From Eutreptiella sp. 'Long Island Sound 2002' (taxonomy: Eukaryota > Protista > Euglenida): a stretch of DNA of 64,000 nucleotides. The notes below the pieces were generated by a model. The model saw nothing but the letters and a program-made list of their open reading frames with translations. It was not told the DNA's origin and made no database searches. A program made the position numbers and the translations under genes. This document shows, one piece after another, positions 11,446 to 22,531 of this stretch. The DNA lies in assembly GCA_964036045.1 (NCBI GenBank), contig OZ038378.1:199640001-199704000 (forward strand). Reading direction: 5' to 3'. Each line of letters opens with the position of its first letter. Within the stretch, counting starts at the first letter, position 1.

Positions 11446-14400
11446 TTTTGGCATGACGCCATGGTGTGATGATCTCGTCTGCAGCTGGCGGCGCCTACTG
11501 GCCGATCGCCATTTGCTGCCCTTCCCTTGGACCCTTTCCCTCCATAGGCGGTGGTGCCCATCAGCTTCTCACCACCCTTTGACCTTCCTCTTCCTCCTTG
11601 CCCTAACCTTCCCTCTCCCCTCCCCTTTCCCTTCCCTTGGCCTTTCCCTCTGTAGGCCACGGTGCCCATCGGCCTCACCACACTCCTTCCCTTCCCTTTC
11701 CCTTGGTCGGTTGTGCCAACGGAGCCCCCGGACTTGCCCTGTTTCACTTCTCTGCGTCGAGTCCACGCAGAGGAAGGCAAATGCCTTCGCCGTTGGCCAG
11801 GTGCGTCCAAGCGGCCATCCCAAGCCGGCGGTGAGGTACCTCTCCCCAACGGCGGCTGGTGGGCCCTGGGATGGCCACTTGCAGGGTCGTTTCCCCGACG
11901 GGGGCACATAACAACCTTTCTCCTCCAAGTTCCCGCGCTCAGTCCATCCTTTGGCGAGCGCAACACAAACCCCCTACCCTCTCCTTCATGCCTTTGCTGC
12001 GCGGACGGGGGTTGTGGGGGATGCGTGGGTGCACGGGGGAGTAGGATGTAGCGGGTGACGTGGGGTGGGCCTCTTACCGTCGCTGGCCGCCCACTTCGTT
12101 GCGCGACTCCCCGGACCACCTCAACATAGGAGCGAGTTGTTGTTGGGTTGACGGTGGTGTCCCGTGTTGGATGGAGGTGCGTAGGGCCCCTTGCTGGCCC
12201 CCTTCTCCCGGCTTGGTCCGGGCGCTTGACGACGTGGTGCGTCCCTTTTCTGGTTGAGTTGCTACGCGAGGGAAGGAGTCTCTCCCCTGCTCGCTTCTCA
12301 GTGCCAGCACGCTGGGACTTACTGCCGTGGTCACTCCCTTGAGAGCGCGGCCCCCGGTGGGCTTGCGTTGCCACATCGGGCATCTCGCTGAGGCCCCATT
12401 GGACCCCCCGAGAAGAACTCGGTGCACGTGTAGACTTCATTGTTTTGTTTTGGTCGGTGTTGGTCACCACCCTGGCTAAAAAAGTGCGGGGGTTGCCTTC
12501 CCCCTGCCTGTTGTTTGGCCTTGCCCCCTACTCCGCCGGCGAGAAAGCTCGCTGCGCGTTGTGGTAGCCGGGGCGCATCCAATGGAGACTGCGGCGCCGT
12601 CTCCATTGGGCATGGGTCCAGAGGCCCGTCCACGGCCGTACCTCAGACCACATCGTTGTGCCTTGTTGCTGTATCACTGGGGGCCGCGGCTCCCCAGTGT
12701 GAGTCTCGGTGGCTGGAGGATCTTCTCCTCCCCAGCAGAGCCATGTTGATGGTGTGAGACTCTCCTTTCCATCAGGCTTTTTGCTTTCATTGTTCTTCCT
12801 TCTCCTCCCGGCGCCGGGTTGCCCGTCCCTTGGGTTCCTGGGTCGCTTGGCGCCCGGTCTCAGTCCCTCTTGCTTCAAGGCCTAGGCCATGCCATGGTGC
12901 GTTCCGGGTCGCGCCTTTGTGCTCGGCACTGCGCTGAACAAGTTGCACCCCGTCACCTTGACGCCGTCGGAACTGTGCGACCGTGCGCTTCCACGCCCTC
13001 TTGTCACCCGCGGGTGGGGCTTGTCCGCTTCTCACTTCGGTTCCATCTTCTACTCCTTGTACAGCCGGATGCCTACTTGCTCGGCAATCACGTTTGCCCT
13101 GTGCAAGTTTTGCATCAACCTGGTTGTGTCCTCCACTGTGAAGTTGATGCCCTCCCCGATGATGAACACCTCCGGCTCCCAACGTCTCACCTCCGGCACC
13201 CATACCGTTGAGGCTAGCACTCGCACTTTGTACACCTGGTCTGGTGCCAATAAGTACATGTTGCTTCCTGCCTCGGGGTAGTCGGAGAACCACCCTCTCC
13301 TCCTTTTCTCCGCGAGGATCCGGTCCGCTTGGATGGCGCGGACGTGGTGCGTGTGCCACCGGAACTTCTCATGGAACAAGAGGCGGCGGGTCCGTTGCGT
13401 TCCCGACCCCGGTGGCGGTGCGCCCTTGGGTGTACCCTCACCGTGGCTAGCCCCCATTCCACTCGCATGTTCGGAACGACCGGGCCTTTTGCTTCCCCAC
13501 AAGAAAGACCAAAAACCCTCTCCATCGCCCTCCGTTTCTGGGTTTTTGGCACTTGGTGGCGCTTCCTCCGGGGCTGTTTGCCCCGCCGAACTTGAGCTGT
13601 TGCAGAAATTGGATCGAAAGTATGTGGGGTTGAACTGGTAGTTGGGTGGTTCCTCCGCCGGCCTTGGCGGTGTCACCCCGGGCGCACTTTTCCATCCCTC
13701 GTAGCCGGAGGTCAACCTTTTGAACAGGTGGGTGGCTTTGGCAATGTTGTTCATGTTCTTGTCCGGATGTAACCGCAACACCCACTTTTTGTATGCGGCC
13801 TTCACTTCATCCATGGTGGGTGCACTACCCACTCCAATCTGTTCAAGAAAGCTCCATCCTTCAAAACCCGGGGGCAGCACCTCAACGGGCTCAACTACCT
13901 CCGGGACCACCTTCTTCTTGTCCACTTTTACTCGGCGCATCCCTCCCACTAACAACACTTGCACTTTGTCCTTGTAGATCTCCTCCAACACCCCCTTGTG
14001 GCCCTCCAACTCCGGTTGTCTCATCCCTACTAGCCTCACCCCATTCCATAGTTCAAATGTTTCTTCCTGCCCTCCCATCTCTCCTTCTTCACTCCTTTCC
14101 TCCTTTCTTCCGTGCGGTTCATTGTCTCCCGCCACCCCGCGTCCTTTTGTTTCTTCCCCGTGCTGTTGTTGTTGGGCAGCTTTTGAGTCCTCGGCGCCTC
14201 CCATGTGCTCCACCTCTTGCACCCTGACCCTATCCAATGACACCAAAACCCTTCTGCCACAGTCCATTCGGAGTCTTACTTTTCCTTGTTCCTCGATGAT
14301 GCTTTCAACCTCACCTGTCTTCCCCTCCAGTTCCATCTTTTTCTTCATGCCTGTTAGTGCTACTCTTCCCCCGAGAACAATGCGATGGCCATCCACTCCA

Positions 14401-17400
14401 ACCACTTCCGGTCTCTCGGAGTCACTTTGCTGTGGTTCGGCCCGTGCTTGTGGCTTGGGGGGTTGTTCCTCCAGCGCCACCCCTGCCTTCCTCGCTTTGC
14501 TGCGTTGTTCTCTCCTCCTCTGCTTGTGCCTCTCTCTTTCCTCCCGCAACCATTTGGCTGGCCTTGCCTTTCTGCACCTACACTGGAACACCCTGTTGCT
14601 GCGGAACACCTTCTTCGCCTGGGAGACAGTGACCCCAGCACACTTCAAGTGCATCCAGTGCCCCTGGCTGCACCTCACTGCTCCCTCCTTGGCCCTCAAC
14701 GGTCTGCAGCATAGCCCACATGCGTGCTTGGGACCACGCTTTTGCGTCCAAGCTTCGGGTCCAACCGTGCTCGCTGTCCCGTTGCTGCTCGTGCTGCTAT
14801 CACTCTCCTCATTGTTGTCGGGCTTGGTGTTCTCCTTTTCCTTAGGTGTGCTTCCTGCTCCCAACCATTTGGTCCACCACCTGTTGTTTCCCATGTCCAT
14901 ACAACCACCATCCTCGGCCTCCACGAGGACCACCGGCACTTCCTCCTGCTCCCTCCAAACCGGGTGAGGGTCATCATCATCCCAAACTCCAGCAAGATGT
15001 TCGTGATACCGGTGATCCACTCCCGGTTTCTTTCGGCGGATTGCGGCACATCTGTTTGCCACCTCCATGCCCAAGACGGACATTGTGTAGGCCTTTAGAC
15101 CCCCCTTCAGTGGGGCACACGCCACTTCATCCGCTGGAGAGGTCCAACTTTGCACCACTCCAACTGCTGGGCCTCCTTCCGGTATAATTGACCATAGCGT
15201 TTGGCCAATTGTGTTGAGGGTGCACACGTCCAAGGCTGATAGCACCGGCACATGTCCTGGATGCGTGTGTATCCAACCAACCAATTTTCCTCCCAAGGAT
15301 GCGCCCCAACTGACCGCCTCTGTGAGCGCCTCATCTCCCACTGCACAGTGGTGGCTTGTTTGTACGTCGTGTCTTGGTATGTGTAGACCCCCTACTTTGA
15401 CCCCATTTTCGGTCCTTGTCCCCCACAACAATCCCATGGTCTCTTTCCCTTGGCTTGCCGCTTCCCGGACTGCTTGGTTCCATGTCTCCAATATGTCCTT
15501 GGGGAGCTCCACTTGCCATTCACCCTTTCTTGGTTGTGGCTTTGTTCGTCTTGATTTCGCCTCCTCCGAGGTCACCTTCTCTTCTGTCGGCCCCCTCTCT
15601 TCGGCTTCCTTCAACCCGTGGTTTCCCACTCCTGTTGGGTGTTGTACCTTGCTGCGGTCCTTGTTCTTTGTCGCTTTTGGACGTGGTTGTTCGTCCAACA
15701 CCCCCTTCTCCACCCCATCCACTGCCACTTCTCGAGATGGTTCTGGCTCTCCCTGGCCGGGGGCATTTCTTCTCTCCTCCTGCCTTGGTTGTTTCTTTGT
15801 CTCTTCTTCTTCCACCACGTCTAGCTCTGGGTTCTCCTGGCTTTGGCCTCCCGCTTCCTCTTTCCTCAGCCCTTGCAACCATCTCAAGATTGATATGTCA
15901 CTGTTGGTGTCACTATCTTCTCCATGTCCTCCGCTTTCTTCACCTTGCTGCTCATCCTCTTGCCGCTGTGGTGGATATTGTTCCTTGTGGCTTTGGATTT
16001 CGCTCTTCTCCTTTTGCTTGTGGTCTTCTTCCTTCTCCTCCTTCTCCCCCACCTCTAGCCCCACTTGTGGTGATGGACGAGGCCCTCCATGGTCTTCGGT
16101 GTGGCTCTTCCTCTGTTGCCTTTGTTGCTCCACGGTCGCCTCATCGTCCACCACCTCCGGCCGCAAGTCCTTGTGTCCCTCCATTTGCCCTCCTTCGCCC
16201 CTTATCTTCAAGCCTTGCAGCCATGTCAAGATTGATACGTCACTGTCGGTGTCACCGTCTTCCACTTCTTTTGTTCCTTTGTCGTCTTGGCTCTCCCTCT
16301 CCTGCCGCTTCGCTTGTTCTTCCTTTTGTTGTCTCTCAACATCATTTGTCAGGCTTTTGTTGGTGCTTGCAGCCTCCGTGGTCTCGGCGCACCCAACTTT
16401 GCGGTTGTCGCTTTGCGTTGGCGCCACCAACGGTGGTTCCCTCAAGTCCACAACCACCACCGTCTCCCGCCACACACCACAGTTCTTCATCTCCTCTTCC
16501 TCTCCGACGATCTCAGTTGTTCTCACCCCTTGTGGGTGCGGATTTTTGGCTTCCCTCCTTTGGGGTTCCAGCCCGCCTTCCGGCGGTGTCCACACTTTCG
16601 GTGGCGGTGGTACGTGCTCAAACGGGCAGCTCTTTCTCCGACACCTCCACCCGTACCAACATCTCTTCTTTCTCCTCTCTTCTTTTGAGATCTCCTTCCT
16701 TACCCACCGTTGCATCCGTCCAAACCACACGTGCATCTCCCCCATGGTGATGTCTTGTCCACCCCACCACACTCGCAAGAACTTGCCCCATTGTTTCTTT
16801 TGCTCGTGTGTCCCATAGCCTCGCTGTGTGGCCGTTTTGGTGATGGTTTGGATCGCCTCCTTGAATAATCGCAAAACTGAGCACAACCTCAATGCTCTGA
16901 TGTATTGCCCTGTCAATACTCCCAACCTTTGGGCGTCCAAGATCATGCTATCCCTCACTGGATATCGCCTTATTTTTATGGGATAGTCCTTCTCTCTCCA
17001 ATGCACTCCGGTTTCAAACTTGGTGCGCCCTTTCTCATCCTCTCTCCACCACAAGTCAGCCCCCAAGAAGACAAGGTGGCCTCCATCAGCGGCTCTTCGG
17101 ACCGTCCTTTTGAGTTTGTATGCTTCCTCCCCAGGGACGACGCCGGTCAAGGAAAACATGTCATCCACAAAGCGATAGTTGTGTTCCACTTGCTCCGGCC
17201 TCCTTCCTTCTTCTTCCGCGAACCTCTTCTCCGTCCCATAACACGCCAAGTTCGCCAAGAAGACGGCACATTTCAGTCCCATTCCGAAACCTTTCTTTTG
17301 CTTGTACACCACACCCCCTTGCTTGACATATCCGTTGTTTAGTACCCACTGCACCATCTCCTTCACTTCTCTCTTGCTCCAGCTGTCAGCTTGGGGTTCC

Positions 17401-18360
17401 TCCCCCTTTCGTCCAAGCCACCAACCGTCTTTTCCGACCCGTAGCTCTTCCTCCTCTTCCCCATCCTTGTCCTCCTTTGCAGTTTGTTATTCCCAGTCCC
17501 AAGCCTCCTCGATTGCCTCCAACACGTTTGTGGAGACGTAGTCTTGATCCATGCTTGGGTACATCGCCACGAAATCTCCCACTTCCGCCGAAGCTTTACA
17601 TTGCGCTATCAATTCCTCCTCAAATCGGACCGGCTGCGTGAACTCCTCCACACTATCTATCCACCACACCCTCTTCGGGTTCCCTTTCTTCCTCCATTCC
17701 ACATCCTTGCGTTTCAAGCTTCTGCATACTTGCGTTAATGCTTGCACCAAGACCTCTCCGACTCCTGCTATGCTTGCTTCCGGCTTGTCTTTCTCTTCTT
17801 CGGTTTGTTTCCTTGCTCCACTAATCCATCGTATGTTTTCTTTCTGGGCCTTCCATATTCCATATATGTACGGCAACCTTCTGTTGACTGCGAGGAGCCT
17901 CTCCGCGTGGTAGTCTTCGTGGCGTTGTAGGATGGCCTCCTCACTTTCCGGCGCGACCTCAAACCCATCACTTTGGAGGTATATGTCCCTCCGGTGCTTG
18001 TATAGTCGCTTACATCCGCCAACCCAGTTGTGCGGACCCCTATCCTCCTTCAAGAATGCAAAATCTTTCTTCATGTCCTTCACTTTTTGCATCCCTTCCG
18101 TCCCTTGTGGCAACGTGTGAACCTCCTTGTCCACTTGCCACATCACTTTTTTCTTGATCAAGTCTTTCCACCCTTCGTAGTCCTCTCTTTGCCCTGCTCC
18201 ACTTCGTACTTTGCACTCGATGTACTCCGTTAACCCCTCTTCCAAGTTGTGGAGCACCTTCCATTCTGGCTCTTGCTGCTTGAATTTGTATCCTTTTTTG
18301 TCCACGTCTTCCATTATTGGACTATTGAAGCCCGCCATCTCTGTCACGACTGTCATGACA
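11446..18360 (-). mobile_element. Penelope-like retroelement (Naiad/Chlamys-type RT), apparently 5'-truncated, in intron 6 of the selenoprotein gene
   Basis: RT motifs KGYKFK, DFAFLKEDRGPHNWVGGCKRLY, LPYIYGIWK, GDFVAMYPSM, YKQKKGFGMG, YRFVDD and GVLTGQYIRA; bounded by G11 (11435-11445) and G15 (18361-18375). Confidence 0.85.
13050..18356 (-). pseudogene. PLE polyprotein: RT + CCCH + JAMM/MPN + PHD + 2x KOW/SH3-like + DnaJ + unknown domain; one in-frame TAA at 17487-17489
   Basis: ORFs 17487-18443 and 13050-17366 are in the same frame and separated only by a TAA plus 40 open codons; domain motifs read directly from the translation. Confidence 0.85.
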
Positions 18361-19574
18361 GGGGGGGGGGGGGGGAGCAAGTCCTCTCTAATACTAGGCA
18401 GATGGCCACCAGGACTAGCAGACGAATGGTGAACCCTTTCCAATAATCCAATGAGCGGGATAAGGTGGCACTCCTCTTTCCATGGGTTTGCACATAAACC
18501 ACGTCACGTTACCTTCTCGACCGCAAAAGCTGTGGTCGGAAGAACAATAATATGCGGTCAACTTGTGGAGAAAAGGCCGGGCTTGCGCTGACACGCTCAG
18601 GGGAGGGGAGGGGTAAAGAGCCCCAGATACAATATGAGCCCTCCCAAGGCCCCACCACACGATTGTGGAATGATGATGGTGACTGTTCAGCTCGCAGCCC
18701 CTCAGATGACCGGTTGAGACCACCGGCTGTGATTGCCATCCCATGCTGTCATCCATCCCCAGATGTCTACCCGACACATCAGATGAGCTCCCACCCCAGC
18801 CAATGACAACCACTACCATTCTACCCCACGTGGCCCACATTTCATGATCTTTTTTTCAAAAGCATCCATACTTTCCGATACCTTTCCGTTTTTCACAGAT
18901 ATGCCACAGATGGTGTTGCATTCTTTGACACAACAGCTTTGTTTTTCTGGAAGCAGGAGCCTACACACTCACCCAAATAGGGGATGCAGAAACCCATGGG
19001 CCCCACATCGCTGCCACTCCCTGAATAACCTCACGCACAACATTTTGATTCCCACGGGCATGAGGATGCCAAAGATGCAGAGGATGCACGTGCACCATTT
19101 GCACTGTGTCAAGGAGAAGGATGCTGAGGGTATTGTAAGACATGGCACAACAGACCAGCTGGGCATCGAGGCATAGGCAGGACGGCCCTGAAGGATTAAT
19201 ACAAGTTGATTTCTGCCCTGCCCAACAAATGCACAAACCCAAAAAACAAGAGGCACTACACACGGCAAATTTTCAAATCATCCAGTGATACATCCATTTT
19301 GTCACCAGCAACGACAAGACATATGAACCTCCGACCGCAGTAGGCAGTTTATGGACCAAAAATTGGCCATTAGCCACCGGCAGGTTGTGGTCAACCACCG
19401 GCGGGCAGTGATTCACCGCTGGCCCAGAGCGCGGTCATGAAGGGGCGGTCCTTCGTGGAAAAAAAAAACCTAATTTGTTTCTAAAAGGACCACCCTCGGG
19501 GCATAGGGTCAGAATGAAACGCGTGAATCCTGGGTTGCCCCGGCCTGCCCTGCACCTTGCCGACTCAGGCACAC

Positions 19575-19664
19575 CTTGAGCCACTGGGCCACAAGGTCCC
19601 AACAGTAAACTCAGCCTAAATGGCGCAAGAACACGACCACGCTCTTGCCTGAGTCCCCAATGAC
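19575..19664 (-). CDS. Selenoprotein exon 6 containing the Sec codon (UxxC)
   Basis: CAG|GTC...AAG|GTGTGC, 90 nt; VIGDSGKSVVVFLRHLG-TGA-VYCWDLVAQWLK; TGA at 19613-19611 sits at the first redox-Cys position. Confidence 0.92.
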
Positions 19665-20959
19665 CTGCAGCAGAACACACAATCGACGTCCGGGTTGCAT
19701 GGAGCTTTTCAAGCATTTTTGGCGCGCAGCCTGTACCTTCGGTCAGCACATGACGCATGAGAAAGCACCGTTTCTAAGAGGTGGTGGTAGGAGAGGTCCA
19801 GCCCTTCTGTACCAACCCAAAAAAAAGAAATTGAGTTACCCACCCGGCGGAGGTGCCGACACAACAAAAGGCGCTCTACCGGGGAACAGCACTTCAGCAC
19901 AAAAGTGTCCACCTCCTGCAAGGTGATGCTACCACGCCAGCTGAGTCATTCATCACGGAGACACGAAACTGAAAGTCGGCAGCAGCGTTTACGTCCATGA
20001 TGGCAGGCTGGCTCGCTGTGTGGAGGTTGAGATTACAGTGGCTGGCTCTGTGGAGGTTGGGGGCTGCGGTGGCTGGCTGTGGGGAGGGTTGCAGTGGCTG
20101 GCTGTGTTGAAGCCTTGGCTGGAGTGGTGGGCTGTGTGGAGGTTAAAGCGTTGGTGCTACTGGTACTGATATTGCTGCTGGTACTGGCACCTTTTCTTTT
20201 TGGAAAAGAAAAATGAAAGCTTAGTCAATGTTTTCTTAGTCTGCTCCCACGTTGTGTGCTGTCCATTCTTTGACTGGTCCTGCTGCGTGTTCATGGTACC
20301 CGCATCGCACGCATCAACAATCGTCAGCTGGCATTGCAAACAAACAATGAAATTGGCAGAACAATGAGGTCTGAGCACAGGGGAAGAGGATTCCAAAACC
20401 TGTGGCTCGAAGACTCACCCACCTTAGAAAGGATTGTTGGGTGCAGTTGGGTGCCAGCATGGAACCCAGTCCGAGTCACGACGCGCAAAGATGTTTCCGT
20501 TTTCTCCGGGAACAAATTTGGGTGGAATCAGCTTGGTCAGAAACGTGGGGGGGAGATGGGTTTGAAATTATGACTCAAACACACTGCCTTGTTCATCAAT
20601 ATTGGCCAGTGTTTCTGAAGTTTCTCAGTGAGGAGGAGGACGAGGGCTTTTGTTCGTTGGCAGGGGGGGGGGGGCTTTCCCCATACATGAGGTATGATCG
20701 CAGTGGGAACAGAGGACCAACAGGAGGTATCCGCAGTTCGAAAAACTTGGTTCTATGGCAGTATGAGCTCAGCCCAAAGAACACAAAAGAAAATGCATTG
20801 TTCACATTGAAGTACCAATGTCTGCCACCCACCATGCACTTGACGCTGCTGCTGTCATTGCTGGAAAACCTGACTGGGCACACCAGCTTGGTGACCCAAA
20901 TCCACATATATGCACACAAAAGGCTGCTCCCACCCTAGACCCCTGCAGAGAGTTGTAAC

Positions 20960-21072
20960 CTGTGCAACCGTCTTACGCTGCCCATCAGCATCAGTCAATT
21001 GCAGCGACCGCAGGAGCCTGGCATCCACGTCCTGCTCATTGATGGTCACAGTACTGCCTTCACAACCACAAT
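20960..21072 (-). CDS. Selenoprotein exon 5
   Basis: AG/GT-bounded, 113 nt; (D)CGCEGSTVTINEQDVDARLLRSLQLTDADGQRKTVAQ. Confidence 0.88.
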
Positions 21073-21397
21073 CTTAAACAGAAGCGTGGGAGACAAGCAA
21101 CAGGAATGGCCTTTGGGGAGGTCGGGAGTGGCTTGAGATGCAATGGGTCCATGTTTGCAGCTGCAGAAGAGCACAGTGCATTGCATTGTGTGGGGCTGGT
21201 GAACAACCTGTCTGCAGTCACGCTTCTCACAGGTAAATCTGCTGAATTTAGGCAAATGAGAGCCATGACGCCATGTTTGTGTGGAACTGCTCGCCCACAC
21301 CCACCCACACCCCCACACCCCAAAAAAGGGGTACCCGGGTACGGGGGGCTAAAGGGGTCAAAAACGAAAAATTCATTGGGGGATCATTTTCTCTCCT

Positions 21398-21516
21398 AAA
21401 ATGATGATTTTACAAGGGGTTGGACATCCGGTACCATACCTTGGGGTATCGTACGCGAATGACCCCAAAAAAGGGGGGGTATATGGCGTACGCACCTACG
21501 CTTGATCTAACAACCC
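21398..21516 (+). repeat. Dispersed repeat module AAAATGATGATTTTACAAGGGG...TTGATCTAACAACC
   Basis: Related copies at ~27228-27350, 29606-29740, 36367-36500 and 46685-46815. Confidence 0.85.
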
Positions 21517-22326
21517 TCTGTTAGGTTATTTGTGCATTTTGATGTGGTGAATTCAAAAATGCAAGAGTTTAGCCTCAACAAGACGATATGTTGGAGAATC
21601 GGCCAATTTGTGTCAAAACAGTCACATTTTCCCCTCCGACTAAACTGGCTGTGATCAGTGTGGTCGTGGACATCAGGGCAGTAAATGGGGAAATTCTCTA
21701 GCATATTGTCTTGTTGAGCCGAAACTCTTGCATTTTTGAATTCAGCACATCAAGATGCACAAAATTTATACACCCCCTTTTTTTCGTCATTGGAACAACC
21801 TGTGGAAGCACCGGTCCGACCACCTTGAAAACCTTGCATGCAGTGTAGACCAAGGTTTACAAGCAGATGCCGAAACGCCCAAGTTCAGCGGCCCGGGGCG
21901 GAAAAATATGGTCACGTACCCCCCCATGACCCATACCTTTCCGAAACGGCCTTTTCTTGGAGATTTCAAAAAATTATAAAACACCCCCCCCCCTTCCAGA
22001 ACGATATTTTTGAGAAAAACGGCGAGAACTGAAAAAACTCCGACTTTGCATCGGAATCACCCCCCCCAGCAAAACGCCCATATATATACATATATATTAT
22101 ATTTTACGTACATATATTTTGTTAACACTCGCATGACACTTCACCGGGCTTAGAGGGCCCCCTCCCCGGGGTTGCAATGGACCACCAGCCCTGATCCACC
22201 GTGGAGGAGCTCAAGGTCCATTAGATTCTGATCCATCGATGGTTGGGCAAATGGGTGCGTCTCTGCGGACAAAATGGTCATGACTGCACATGCCTTCGCA
22301 GCCCAAAGCACTCAGGCAAAGCACAC

Positions 22327-22398
22327 CCTCAACGCTGCCTGTCGTTGCTGCCATTGCAATCTTGTGGTCAGCGATTGCCACATCATTGAGGTGCAGAC
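22327..22398 (-). CDS. Selenoprotein exon 4 (end of presequence)
   Basis: AG/GT-bounded, 72 nt, phase 1/1; (G)LHLNDVAIADHKIAMAATTGSVE. Confidence 0.8.
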
Positions 22399-22531
22399 CT
22401 GAAAGGCATGCAGCAATGGAGGCAGTTGCAGCCGAGCCCCAGGACCGCAACCCTTCGCGAATACTTTTGGTGATCACAATGGTAAAAATGCAGTGCAGGA
22501 TTTTTTTTGGAGGGGGGGGGGGTCTGTTGTC

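Noticed and set aside
11720-11800. Hammerhead ribozyme in the PLE 3' repeat
   Set aside because: A conserved GAAAC is present on the minus strand but no CUGANGA core was found upstream of it
11427-13049. Continuation of the PLE frame as a further ~540 codons, including ORF 11427-12470
   Set aside because: Four stops (13050, 13032, 12882, 12528), low-complexity R/G/P composition and no motifs; an open frame is expected by chance in GC-rich purine-biased sequence
13996-16818. Long plus-strand ORFs (13996-14967, 15211-16818, 15416-16750)
   Set aside because: Ser/Leu/Phe-rich antisense shadows of the PLE ORF
17487-17489. In-frame stop in the PLE RT as a possible Sec codon (some Naiad PLEs encode selenoproteins)
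   Set aside because: The codon is TAA, not TGA, and is not at a Cys-like position; it is best read as a nonsense mutation or sequencing error
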